DNA of 64,000 bases, from positions 74,028,001 to 74,092,000 of the forward strand of contig OZ076410.1 in NCBI GenBank assembly GCA_964187785.1, in the 5' to 3' direction. Both the position numbers and the translations under genes were made by a program. The notes under the pieces are model-generated. The model ran no database searches. It was not told the origin of the DNA and saw only the letters and a list, made by a program, of their open reading frames with translations. Of this stretch, positions 24,780-37,492 are shown one piece after another (the stretch's first letter is position 1; the number at the start of each line of letters is the position of its first letter). This stretch comes from Amphiscolops sp. MND2022. Lineage: Eukaryota.

Positions 24780-27700
24780 ATGATATGAGGATATTGGAGA
24801 TCAATTGCAGAGCCACGCAAGGGCATTGAAACAAGTCACAACTTAAAAATAGGTTGCAATTGAGTCCTAAAACGATTTTTTACTGGGAACGTTGGACAAA
24901 ACGGAACTGACACAAAGAACATTAGGCGATAACGGATCAACTCAATTGAGAAACTAAGAAAATATTCTACACTATGGATACAAATTCTTCAAATTTCAAA
25001 GAGGCCACTGGCCTTGCGGACTGGTAGGACAAGAGAACAATTTAAACGTTCGAATCTAGTAAGTGGTCTTCCAACATGGAGTACCATAATGGTAGAATGT
25101 TTAATGATCTTTCTGGATCGTAAATAGGGAAATAAACTGTGTGGTTAAAATTGCGATCAAGCTTATCGATCAGGTCAACTAGGCATAGATGTAGGACATC
25201 ATGCAACAAAGGATGTTTACTTGGATCTCTGGTAAACGATAGAACAATGTCATTGTCCCATGGTGCTTGAGAACAAGGTGTATTGCTTTACCTAATGCTG
25301 GCCTTTGCTTGGAAATCTGGTCTTGTCCATACTCTCTAATTACGTAACGCGTCATGGCTGAATAGTATACTAGGTCAACTGGGCAGCACAATACTACGGT
25401 GCCGGTGATTGTAGTATATCTGTTTTCGCGTAGGTAAACCAAGGCAGATGGTTTGGTCTGATCTTTGAGTGCATCATCAACCATTTTCACGTAGCGTCCT
25501 TCAGATCATTGCCTGATGGTGTTGTCAAATGTCCAAATATTGCTCTTCGATTTTGCGACACAGTGCGACGTAGCGGACGATCACCCACGTTAGTACAGAC
25601 TGTTTGTGTACAACGGAAAGTGCTTCGAGCACCGTTACTGGTTTTTCAAATGTGTAGGTGTGTTTATCCAATTAGCGTTTTTTGGCTTGACGACAGAAGT
25701 GTATAGCTAGTAGCTGTAACCAATGTTGACTGAGGAACTGTCCGCGAAATTTATTGGCTAAGTGGAAACAAAGAGTGTTGTCGAACTCTACGAGTGTACG
25801 TGAACTTTCCAGACAAATTTACAGAGTTTCCGGCGTCACTGGTCATGTTTCATCTAGGAAGGTGACTAATAGCCACCAACCAGCGGTTGGGTGATACAGG
25901 AGGGGAAGTCTTACCAAAGCTGACGCGCGTTGTTGCAGCGTATCATTGCTATTTTTGTGTCTTCAGAATCCACATTTCCAAACCTCATCATTGATGGGAG
26001 TTGGGTCTTGAGTGTAGCTAACGTGAATTCCAATCCACACCTGGTTCAATGCTGCATTAAATTTTCGTTACGGTTATCACTATGCTATGTACTGATGGTA
26101 CGTCTTGGTTTTTGGCCTGATATAAAATTTTCATTGTGGGGATGGTCTAGTGTTTTCATGTCAGCTAAATCTTGTGCACGGGCACCCGCACCCCGGGTCA
26201 CCCTCTTGTCAGGTGTTCTCGCTTCAAATAGGTTGACGCAACTATAGTTGCGGGAACCGCAGGTTCCACAACTATACCGTGGTGCTCTATTGCGTCTCGG
26301 ATGACAAAGTGGTGCCTGCTCAGGAAACTGTTGATCTCGTGACGAACTCTCTGGTATGTTTGGTTATGTCATTGCGCATTCTAAAGTTCTATACTGTGCT
26401 CTGGTTCTAATTCGACCTCTTGATCTGTTACGTGACCGAGTGCATGGCTTGGTTGATCTTGTTATTGCTCTAAGTAGAAGTTTCACTTCCTCTTCTGCGA
26501 CCTGGAGGTCTGCCTCCTGTCCTACCTCCTCTATTGATAGTCCGGTCCGGTATGGGAGACCTTGATAGGTCTTGATCTGGTCCTGGGCCTTCTTCGTGAG
26601 ATTCCTCCTGGGGTTCGTTTCCCATAGTGGGTTCTGGTCCAACTGTGCTCCCAGCTTGGGAACTGAATAACGATAAGTTGCTGAGTGTGTCCGTCAGTGC
26701 TTGAAATGACAACAATGGTGCTGAGGTACCCGATGGATAAGGTAAAGACTGTGAGTGCGTTCAGGCTAAAATTCTTGATCTCAAAACAACGGCTCTAAAT
26801 CATCTAGTTCAGTGAAAACCAGTGGTTGCTGTGTCTCTACTGCAAGTGGCTCAACGGGCGCATGGTTTGATTCAGAACCAGACGGGTGTCCAAAGTGACT
26901 GAATCGTCTACGAGCAATTGTTTGCTCCAAGGCTGTCTGAGTGGGCGTTTGAATTGTTCTGGGTGGGACCGACATGGTTGCTTCCATTTCAAATGATGCC
27001 TCTGGCAATTGTTCTGGAAGAAATGAGTCTCGCGAGTTAGCCGATGTTATTTCTTCATTACTGTCTTCAACATACGGGTCTGCAATATTGGCCACGTTCT
27101 GGTCTAACCCGAAGCGTTGATGTGCTTTCCAATCCCACGGTGCGAGGACGTGAAACTTCAGGCACTCAAAAGGAACCTTTTAGCCGGTATCCAGTACGTA
27201 TAGTTTTCCATCTTGTAACACGTCAGTGAATTTGGTCCACACCAGGCGCTAAGATGTTTACGGGTACCACCCTTGGGAATTATGTGGCAAAAAAACCCAA
27301 ACGGCGTCACCTACAGCGTGACCATTTGCATTCAAATTTCTATCAAACTTTTGTTTCTGTCGCAGTGAAGCCTGGTGTGTGTTCCTACGAACAAGATCAT
27401 GGATTGCCTGCTGTCTGGCTAACAGGTGCACTACAAATTATTCTTTGCACTCAAACTCTGGGGCTGCAAATTCCGGGTACTTGAATGAGAGCGGGATGGA
27501 ATTTTCAGCTCCATGCTGGAGAATGGAGGATGAAATCCGGTTGCTGCGTGTCCCGTGGAATTGTAGGCACCCAGCTTATGTGCTCATCCAATCTAACATC
27601 TTGCAAGCAAAGTAAGCAATATTCGGTTTTGGTGTTAAATGAGACCGTTGTTTTTCAGGTGAGCAGGAGTGGACGTTACTTTGGTCACTTGTGAAGCTTT

Positions 27701-30700
27701 CTTGTGCTATTTATATACCTGCGAGAAACCAATGAAATTTCTCGATGAACTAGAATACTGGATACATTTCCAATTTCGGGGCGCCAAAGTTCAATTGTGT
27801 TCGGGTCAGTGACTTGCTACCATAAACAATTGGACGAAGGATGGTTCTTCCATTGTATTCTTGTTCTTGGTGTAGGATTCCGGCTATTGCAACTGCACTG
27901 GCGTCCGTATCCAATACGAACCGTCCTCCTTCGTTTGGCGCAGCAAAGCCGAGGCATCTGCTACTGACTGTTTCACTGAGTCAAACGCTTCTTGATGTTT
28001 CTGATTCTAGTAGAAGTGTTGCTTCTTCCTGAACAGCTCTTGCATAGGTTGTACCTTTGCAGCGTGAAAAGGAATCAAATCTCAGTAGTAGTTAGCAAAC
28101 CCGAGGAACCTTTGCAGCTCATCTTTGGGTTAGCAAGTTTGGCACCTCCTGAATGGATTTCGCCGCTTTATCGGGAGGCATCCGCCGAGCTCCTTCTCGT
28201 TGTGGTATTGCCACTGGCTCCAGCGCTATGTGATGCTTCGCAATTTTACATCTACCTATGTCAGCTTTGTTTTTCATGGAAAGGTCTTCGTACTCATCTG
28301 AGATACTTGCTAACTTCTCCTTCGCCTCTTCCCCCCTCCCAAAGAAAAGAAAGCACGTAAGAGAGGTTGGGAACTGGAGTTGGTTTCAGCAATTGTGAAT
28401 CTGTCCTTTTACGTTTCTAAGTTTCCGATAGACCTGATTCTGATATCTCAGTTGAAGACAGCTTCGTAGCTTCAAGACTGTCTTGAATGGAAACAGAGTT
28501 TATCACAAAGTCGGTAAGCACCGCTTTACCGACGACAGTGTGTTTTTTACTATTACCCTCTCTTTTGCTGTTTGGATTCTGAGGACTTAAAAAAATTCTC
28601 ATTACGAACGTGAAACTCCTCAGGCTGCTGGGTTTTGATCTTTGCTCGCACGACTTTTCTCTCAAAATGCCCTACAACGACTTTCTTGGCAGAAACGAAA
28701 AGCGAAGCTTCTTGGTTACTAACCTCATGGATTGCTTTGAAGATCCTTGGTGATTTAAAGTCTCGGATGGTTACTTTCATGTCAGTGAGGTCCAACAGCA
28801 CGTTGTACGTACGCAAGAAATTGTGACCCAGGAGAAAATTCTCGGAGCCAATATGGTCAGCTATGACGACAAACGTGGTCGTCAGGGTATTCCCACTTAG
28901 CTGGAAGCTTACTACCGAGGCACTACCGACGATTGTTGATGCTCTTACCATTGGCAGCAAACGATTCGGTGTCATCAGGCAACGGGCTCAGTGCATCTGG
29001 GGACGCCATCTTCTCATGGGCACTAAGTGAAAGAATGGAGACTCCAAATCCGGTATCTAACATGCCAAGTAAAGCTTTTAACCCTGCTTTCTTAGGGTAG
29101 TATCAAAGAAAGGAACCCTGCTTTCTTAGGGTAGTACCGAACGCAACAACCAACGAGGCCCTCTCATCAATCCGAGCCTCTCCTTGTCCATTCTATATCC
29201 CTATGTTGTAGCAGCGCATTTCTTGCCTGCCCAGTTACAAGCCCCGCGGGAAGTGCCCTTCTAGGACAACAATCGCGTCGAACTTCATGTCAACGCCGTC
29301 GACGTTGAATGCTATTGGGAAAGGCGCAATTGTCTTGATTTTTTTTACCTGTGCCAGCTTTGTCTCGTCTTTCCTTGTGAAATGTGGTAATGGACTGGAT
29401 GCTATTTTAAGATCTGTGTTCCGTTACAGTTCTGGTTTCAATTGGTGCAAAATTAGATTGGGACGTGCTTTTTGCTCTGCTGATAGCAGCATATGAATCG
29501 AAGTCAGGGTCTCAGTGCGTTAACTTGCCAGGGCTTCACGAGTTGTGAGGATCTGTTTCTCATCACAAGTCACAACCAGAAGACGTGAAGGGCATCCTGC
29601 CTCCGCTATCGAGATCACACTTATTTGGTCGTCAGAATCAGTGGCTTCTGCTGACATTATCACCGGGGCGCACCAGGCCGCTTTTGCACATTCAGGCGCC
29701 ATGCACTCGGATGCCGCGTGGCCCATACGGCCGCAGTTGATGCAGAACGTCACCGTTCCTTGTACTGGTAGGGCCGCAGGCAAGATGTTGTTGTTTATGT
29801 GGGTTAGAGGGGCAATACCATTCGCCAGCGAGGTTTGTGTGACACGAGCTGACTTGCTGTTACACCGGTTTTCGTGCTCGATCCTTCAAAGGACAAAATG
29901 TGAGACATCGCCACAATTTAAGCACGCAATTTAATTAGGTGGTTATTGTCGATAAGCCATTGGCTTGGCTGCTGGTTACCGGTTGTGCGTTAGGTCCCGG
30001 TGAACGAGCGGAGAGCTGTTGGTTTCGATTTGGTTGGCTTTGCGGAGGACCTTGTTGCTGTGGGGCCGCCTGATGAAGGTCCGTGCGAGCTGAGCTGCGC
30101 ATTCGCAAGTATTGCTATAGCGTGATCCTCAACGCTTCCACCGTGGTTGGTTTCTCGATGTTATTTTATCGATGTTATCAAGGCCAGGTTGCGTTTCAGT
30201 GTAAGTCTACGTACTCCGTCGAATACTTCTTGCACCATTTCATCCCGCCACGGGGCTCTCTCTTCGTTCGGGAAGCCATGGCTACGCATCCCTTCCAATG
30301 CATCTAAAGACTGCATATGGTCCTCTTCACTAGTCTGATTGTGCGTAAGGCATTGCTGTTGTATGTGGATTTTGCTAGATCCCGTTCCGAATCGGCGCGC
30401 TAGTAGCGCAAAGACCTTTTCATTGGTGTCTCGCTCAGCCTCAGACTTTTTCGTGATGTAATCTCTTGCCTCATTTTCTAGAAACTCAACAATAAAGCAT
30501 GCTTTGTCTAAAGGTGTGGCTTTCGCGTGCGCTTTCTCTAAGTAGCTCTTCATTAGCATCATCCAACCATCAATCATGCCGTCGCGCGTGCCGCGATACA
30601 ATGTTGGCTTGTTCTTGGTTTCTTCAGCCGCTAGTAGTGGTTCAATTCCTTTAGACGTTGCAGTCGTTATTGCCTCAGAAAGTGCTTGCCTTTGCATTGT

Positions 30701-32940
30701 TCTCGGTGTGTCACCTTGTGGTCCTGCTTCGTTTTGGTTTTTGTCAAGTTTGCCGTTTTCATATTCCATGCTTTCAGTCGCTGTTTGGTACTCCGTGTGG
30801 ACACCCGCTGTTTGCTACTGCTACTGGCAATAGATCAGTCACCAGTTGTCGAAGCAACTCTGGCATATGGGTCAAACGATGGTGGGCCAGACAGATCACA
30901 GTACCTTCACAGTACCTCAGATATCACAGTATATCAGATTAGCTGGTCCTTGGGATTTGATTTCTCATATCTGGCTCTTTTCAAACATGGTGGTTGTAGT
31001 TTAGCCTGTTTGGTATAGTTCATCGATGGTCCATTCGTGGATTGCGGGGAAACTTTCCTGAATCCTTGCCGTTGCGGATGAAAAGCACTTGCTGATGAAG
31101 CATTCGCCTAGATAGATCCCAAGGGCATAGGGCGAGGGAAGCTTGGTGGCACCACAAGTTGGGTAACAACAGCCTTCACCCCAAGGGTCAGGTCCCTGAC
31201 CATTGCCATTTATTCCATCATACGATTGTTGACATCAGCATCGCGTCGTTGCATCAAATCGGAAACAGATTTCATACGATTGTCAGCTTGACGATCTCGC
31301 TCTTTCATGAGTGACGTCATCCCCGTCATGCGGTTGTCGGTCAACGCCTCTCGGTGTCTGATCAAATCATGGATCGATGCTAATGATGTTTCCAATTTGC
31401 CTTGGCGGATTCGTCCGTCCATTTTCATCTCCATGAGACCTTTCCGCATCTCGTCCATTTCTTTCATCAGACCTTCAACTCGCTGAGCATAGTCTTTGTT
31501 CTCTTTTCTCAACGTAGTCTGTATTTGCTTCAAATGTGCCAAACTCTGTCCGAAGTCTTCTGTTATTGCTTCTAATTCCTTGCTACCTGTCGTGATCGTC
31601 GAATCGGCAGCACTATCTAACCTAGATTCACGAAATCCTACCGAGCGTTCTAGTAGGTCTACTAGGTCGAGTAGATCTAGTAGGTCTGGTAGGCACATTC
31701 GAAGTAGAAGTCAGGGGTCCATTTCCTTCCTTGTCTTTCGCTTTTCCGACTGATTTCCAAAAGGAGTCACTGTGGGGCCTACGATTTGATTTCCTCTATC
31801 ACTGATCCCCGGAAAATCCCGAACCCAGCGAGTCTGTGTCTATACTCAAATCTGGTGTGATTCTCCATAAAGTTGCAACTGGACTCATTATATTTACCCA
31901 CTCTTTTAATGGTCGAGTTAGTAGCTTCTTCTCTGTTTGAGTTTGGCCAGTCCCCGAGGCCTTTGTGGGGGCATCCACAGGAGGCCGCCAAGTGTTATCG
32001 GGGTTGATGGCGGTGCCATCTACAAGATTAGCACTATCCGGATAGCATGTCAAGGATTCCGGCATAGTTGCTTGCGCGACTTCAGTAGCTTGTTCAAGAA
32101 TTAACAAGTTGTCTGACATGGCGTCTGGAAATATGTCGGCTAAGATATAGTCGACGACGTTGTCAATTTGTCCGCGCTGCTGCTTTTGAACCGCGAATGG
32201 ATTGGTGATATCGAAATTGTTCGGTTCTAATGTTTCCTGATCAAAGGATCTGGTGGATTCTCCGGTGTTCGAACGCATTATCTGTTTCGAACGCGACGCT
32301 TATTCTCAGGCACTAATGAATTTTGGTCTGCTTCTATACTCACTCACTCTTTCCCTTATGAAAAGTCGAACTGAAGACAAATGAAGTTGAATTGGTTTTG
32401 AATGTACTCTCTCTATACTACGCAAACTGGACTAAACTAGAGTTACGGTTTAGAGCTGATAGCTCGTGATTGCCTCCTAAGTTCTAGATTGACAGTAGTT
32501 GGCTTACAAGCTACAGTCTCTAGACTACATGAATTCACTTTTTTGAAGGATAACTATGAAAGGCTTCCAAAGTTAACTACACACTAATCTACATTTTTTG
32601 CAGCCACGTGCTGTGACAAAAAGGTTTTGGCGCTTTAAACAAGTTCTACAGTGATTGGTAAATTATTCACTTCACTTTGCGCCGTAAACGTATTCTACGT
32701 TTTTCGCACTGCTCTTCCTTTAGAGAGCACAAGTAAGGTTGTTGCGTAAAGAGGGAAGTGGGAATAGACCTTGGGGTGAGTAGAGACTGACACTTGTTAA
32801 AGAAAGATTGCTGCTGGTCCGAGTGTAACACGATGAAAGGAACAACAGTTTTGAACACACAGAGTTACTACTGTATTTGATGTAGTGTTTGGAGACACAC
32901 TGCGTATCAAGTCTAGATCTCCAAAAGTGCGGTTAAACGC
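24780..32940 (-). mobile_element. Large decayed Ty3/Gypsy element with upstream ORFs and a 3' accessory ORF; LTRs not resolved
   Basis: Minus-strand order: upstream ORFs 31799-32278 and 31210-31698; gag 30161-30769 (IDGWMMLMKSYL); Zn knuckles CLNCGDVSH (about 29900) and CINCGRMGHAASEC (about 29730); protease MLDTG (29049-29063); RT entry HHIALEP...EGARRMPP fused by deletion to LQRFLGFANYY; RNase H FVLDTDASAVAIAGIL (about 27900); integrase 3' half (about 27150-27700); then accessory coding sequence to about 25030. Both boundaries approximate. Confidence 0.85.
25030..26090 (-). pseudogene. Accessory ORF of the Gypsy element, putative TARG1/OARD1-like macrodomain(s), disrupted
   Basis: Joining ORF 25179-25490 to the adjacent frame near 25265 gives LVYLRENRYTTITGTVVLCCPVDLVYYSAMTRYVIREYGQDQISKQRPALGKAIHL...APWDNDIVLSFTRDPSKHPLLHDVLHLCLVDLIDKLDRNFNHTVYFPIYDPERSLNILPLWYSMLEDHLLDSNV*IVLL. 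This aligns by eye along the full length of TARG1. A weaker similar unit lies at about 25640-26085. Confidence 0.55.
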
Positions 32941-35185
32941 GTGCTGGCTCCTGCACGGTGCTCCTAGGTTAGAGTGTGCGTGATTTCAACTAAAAGTTGG
33001 CACTTAAACGACTTTGACAGCTGTTGAGAGGAATCACCCAATTTTACGATTTTCACTACTACTTCTCAAAAAGAAGTTTTTCAAAGGACTCATGATCTTA
33101 GGGTTGCTTTAGTTCCACTAAAATTGCTTCAGCGACGGGCGACTGGTGCAATATTAGGGTCGTTTGAGCCCTCATTTGCGACTACATTAACACAAATTGT
33201 GTAATTTTGTGCAAACTTTCACAAAATCTGCAGTTTTTTCGTAAATATAAACGACTCGGAAATGTGAAACTCACTTCCAGAGCTACTAGTGGCCTGAAAA
33301 TTTTACATAGTTTACTATGCTGGCTGAATCGTGGGAAAATCACCGCTGATCGCACTAAGCTTGACTGTACGTGATTTGCGATTGCGTGACACTTTTGCTA
33401 GAAAGAATCACTCTTTGTGACATTCACACAAATTCGTCAAACTTGCCTTCCCGGAGTCCTAGCTACCTGAAATTGCGTATGAGAGCGCAAAATTGGCCCA
33501 CACAACAAAAAAATAACGGAGGGCCCAAGTTGATATTCAGCAATCCGAGTTGACAAAACTATGTTGTACCTTTGATATCACTTTTTCGGCTCTAAACTCT
33601 CAAAAACGTCAACTTCTTCAAGTTGAACAGTAGCAAGCTGTCGGAAAATGCACAAATAATCGGGATTTAGTGCCGCCTGTACCAAAACGCAAACGTTTCA
33701 GCGCTGGGGGACATCCAAGGTATTGCACTGTGCTCCACTAAAACTAAAATTCGATTTTTCTGACATTTTCAAACGATTTTTCAGCAAAACTGCGGCTAAG
33801 TTTTCTCAATCGCTAGCACTCCTACGACAATCACACCACTCGCGTAACTGTTTAGCGTATACACGATGGTGCAATCTGTTTTGAACTGCTCTTACTAGAA
33901 GAGATTTCGACTTGTCTCAGAAACGCTACTGCATTATTCCGAAAATGTTGCAGAAACAACACGTTTTTTGCTATTTCTCAGCAACCACTGGTTGGAATCA
34001 CTCACTCACGACTTTCTGCATTTGCAACATTATGCTTTACAGTAACCGAAAGTATGCAGGCAAAACCTGGTAGGTTCCAAAAAAGGTTTCTCAAAAAACT
34101 TTCAGATTGTACTTTTACACTCTTGGAACAGTACTGAAATTACGTATTGTCAGCAAAACATTTTTATGTCTCTGTTCTCAGATATTCTGGGTTGTTTTAA
34201 CAGTAGTCTAAGGTGTTACAATTTTGTTCAGGGGACTGGGGTTGTTTTAATTATTATGTTTGTTGTTATATCTCTCTGGTCTATGGCGTCCTCTACTCAG
34301 GTCTTTATAAATCAAAAGAAAAGCACAAATGAAGTTTATTTAGTTATACTGGGGACATCTAGAACACGTCCTGGCAGTAGTGTTTTGTACAACCGAGGCT
34401 GGGAAAAAGATTTTTGGGCTAATCTAAAAACTCTGGAAAAATTCCCAGTGCTTCGCCCTCACGAAATCTGGTCTCAAAGGCAAAATTTGGTGTTTTTTCA
34501 ACAAAAATCGCTGAATTTTTGGTGTTGTCACAATTTATCCGAGCAAACGTTTCTGTTCCTAACATCATAGGTGTGATGGAACGTGTTTATTGTATTCTCA
34601 CTGGTCGTACCCGCTAGCTCGCTATAATTTTTCAGCAAACGGTTAGAATACCCACTGGGTATTTTTCGCAGTTAATACTGGTGAAGGTACGCCTGGGAAA
34701 AGCCTTAAGGGCTTCTAAACAAAAAGGGAACAATGTAACCTAGACGATTGGGGGTCATTTGATCGGCAATCAGGGGGTCGAAAAGGATGTTTCGTTGAAG
34801 GGCGTCACCACCTCGTCAGAGCTAGGGGGCCTTCACTCCACGTCCTGAGAGTTCCCATACGATGCCAATAAGCTAAAGTGAAGCTGCAAAACCCTTTAAG
34901 ACAAACTCCCTGTTAGGTCGAATTACCTATTTCAGCAGGTACCAAAAGTGTCAAAAAGTACTTTGCTATGAAACGTCTTTTTGTCGTTCCAGACCTCACA
35001 GGAAACGCATGTATTCTGATGGAAGAAAGCCTGCAAGGCTTGACGAAAGCAATAAAAACAATCTAGTACCCTTCCATAAACTTTCTTAGATGCGGATCTA
35101 ACAGGACAGGAAAGCAGAAAAAACTCCTAGTATGACGCAAAAATGAAAAATGTCCTTTTTGTTGCGCCATAAAAACTAATCTAGA

Positions 35186-36085
35186 TGTAACGTCAAGCTA
35201 GTGACGCACATACTAGAACTGGGACAATTCTCAGGTTGTCTAGACATACGACCATAGTCCAATAGCTTACCAAAACATTAGTTTTTAGTCCCTAAAGGTC
35301 TCCTAAGGTTTTTTTATACGTCTAAGGTAACTCCTCAAATTTTCCTCAAATTACACGTCCCACAAGCCTGTAAAAACGTATCTCAGGGTTCCTGGGACTA
35401 AAACAGGTGTTTAGCAAAAGTACATTCTATTAGTTGAATAGTATCTAAAACGACCAAAATAAGGCTCTAGTAGATTCTGTACCATCACCAATCTGTGAAA
35501 CAACATTCAAAATGATTATACACCCCGTGGTACCTCAGAGGAACCCCAAAGTAGCCACAGCAACGGAAAAAGACGTCCAGAAATGCCAAAATCACCTAGT
35601 TACGAAACCCAGAAACTGCAGTGTGTGCTTCATCCGGCATGCAGTATCACGTAAGTCAAAGTCTCGGTGACGCTTTGTTTCCATGTTTTATGGCAGTGGT
35701 TTCCTCAACGGTGCATTATTTCAGGTATTTAGAAATGTACAATCTATTAGATCCTGTATTTTTAGTGTAATTGGTCAATAAAATGTACTTTAGCTAAACA
35801 CGCGTTTTGGAACACGGAAGTATGAAGGAAGCCGCAGGAACCTTGCGAATCATTTTTAAAGGATTCTGGGACGTGTCCGGACTTTGAGAGTGCCGGCATG
35901 TTGCCACGGAGCAAAATTAGGAAAAGTTCTAGTCTCCTTGACGTATGAAAAGATGAAAAATCCCCCAGGAGACCTTTTTGGGAGAAAAACTAGTTTCTAG
36001 TCTTGTAGTGAAACTATGGTCTCCTGTCTGAGCAGCCTAGGCACTGTCCCAGCTCTACGATGTACGCTGGCAGCTTGACGTTACA
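35186..36085. mobile_element. 900-bp fold-back element, TGTAAC...GTTACA family
   Basis: Perfect 14-bp terminal inverted repeats TGTAACGTCAAGCT / AGCTTGACGTTACA, continuing as about 300-bp degenerate inverted arms. No matching TSD (flanks TAGA / CAAG). Confidence 0.75.
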
Positions 36086-37072
36086 CAAGTACTTGGTATG
36101 GTCTCTATCTAACAAACCAGTTTTCAACTAACAACGCCAAAAACAACTGTTTTGCAACCACAAATGCTGCAACTTCAGGAACAGGCACGCCAGTATCCGT
36201 CATCACACCCTGTGCCTCAACAATCAATGAGGTAATGGCTGCATCGCAAACTCTGCTAAAACTAACAGAGCCCACGGGCTCTGTTCCTTCTACCATTCCT
36301 AACCAAACATGGCACGCTGCTCACTACTGGATAGTACCTATCAGATGCGCCAGAGCAAGATCCATGTTCTATTCAAGGAACTGCTTGCAAAATCAATTTC
36401 AATACCTGGACAGTAACGGAGTACAACAATGGATAGAGGCAGCTGCCACGTTACGACAACGTGTTCTTAAAACCGATCTACGAGAAACTAGTATGGAGCA
36501 CGGACGCAAAAGCGTTAATGACAGTGGCAGAAACTCAGAAACGGAGAGGATCAACATCAGCCTAAGCTCCATCACAGGCCATGCCTTGGATCAACCCTGA
36601 GTAATCGAGATTTACTTAATGAAAATGTATCAAACAAAACCACTAAAACTGGTCCTCTGGATATATCCACAGAATAATATGAAGACATGGCCTTGGACCC
36701 GTGGACACGTGCATCTATCTCACAGCGAAGAGCCGCCGTCACTAGTCGTGTCAAAGAAGAATCGGTCGTAGAGGACTCTGAGACTAAAGCGCGTCATCAT
36801 CCTACTGTACATTAGGCGGAAATAAGACTAACAAGAATTTTCGTGGAAAATAGTAACACGAGCTCGGTGGGAACACCGTGAGTACTGAAGCAGGAACTAA
36901 AACCAAACTAAGATAACGGATCAAACTACTGCATTCATTTATGACTGGGTTACTGATTTGGTGCTTTTACAAGTGCAATCTTTGCTTTGTTTGATTATAT
37001 AGTTAAAAAAGAGTTAGTTAGTGTAGCGTTGGTGCGTTGCAAAAATGCGCATCGCCTAGCACTACTGATGAA

Positions 37073-37492
37073 TAAAACAAGATGGGAACGTCTAAAGTCG
37101 GCGCTATATCCAAGGCTCAAAAAGCGCAAAGTTTTTGAAATTGTAGAAGAGGGGACCCTTTCGGCTTTTTAAACATCCATCCAGTTGCAAAATATCAAAC
37201 AAAATTGAAGGGGGACCATTTGGAGGCATTAAATATTTTCGAGAAAATTCGTTTAAAAAGTCTCAAAAATCCGAAAAAGGGGCAGGGAAAGTCTCATAGT
37301 GCCAAAAAACTGAAAATGGGGACTTTTCTGGGTTTTGTATATCAAGTTAGAGGCTTTTGGATGCGTTCAAAATCAATTACTGAGTACTTTTGTAAAAGTG
37401 CATAATGCACAAAATGTGATGAGCTATTTGGTCTGACGAAAAAAACTAGCCACTGTAATAATCGGGCAATTTTCAATAGAAAAGCGCCGACT
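37073..37492 (+). mobile_element. DINE-1/Helentron-like (HINE) interspersed element
   Basis: Starts TAAAACAAGATGGGAACGTCTAAAGTCGGCGCT. Subterminal inverted repeat AGTCGGCGCT (37096-37105) / AGCGCCGACT (37483-37492). Internal repeated GGGGACC(C/A)TTT motifs. Related copies elsewhere in the window. Confidence 0.6.

Noticed and set aside
24600-33050. LTR pair and PBS for the macrodomain-bearing Gypsy
   Set aside because: No direct repeat or canonical PBS/PPT could be matched by eye at either end, so the boundaries are left approximate.
36100-36880. Coding-like broken ORFs (36235-36600) with a PBS- or PPT-like motif near 36865
   Set aside because: Probably a retroelement remnant, but I could not identify a domain, orientation or boundaries.
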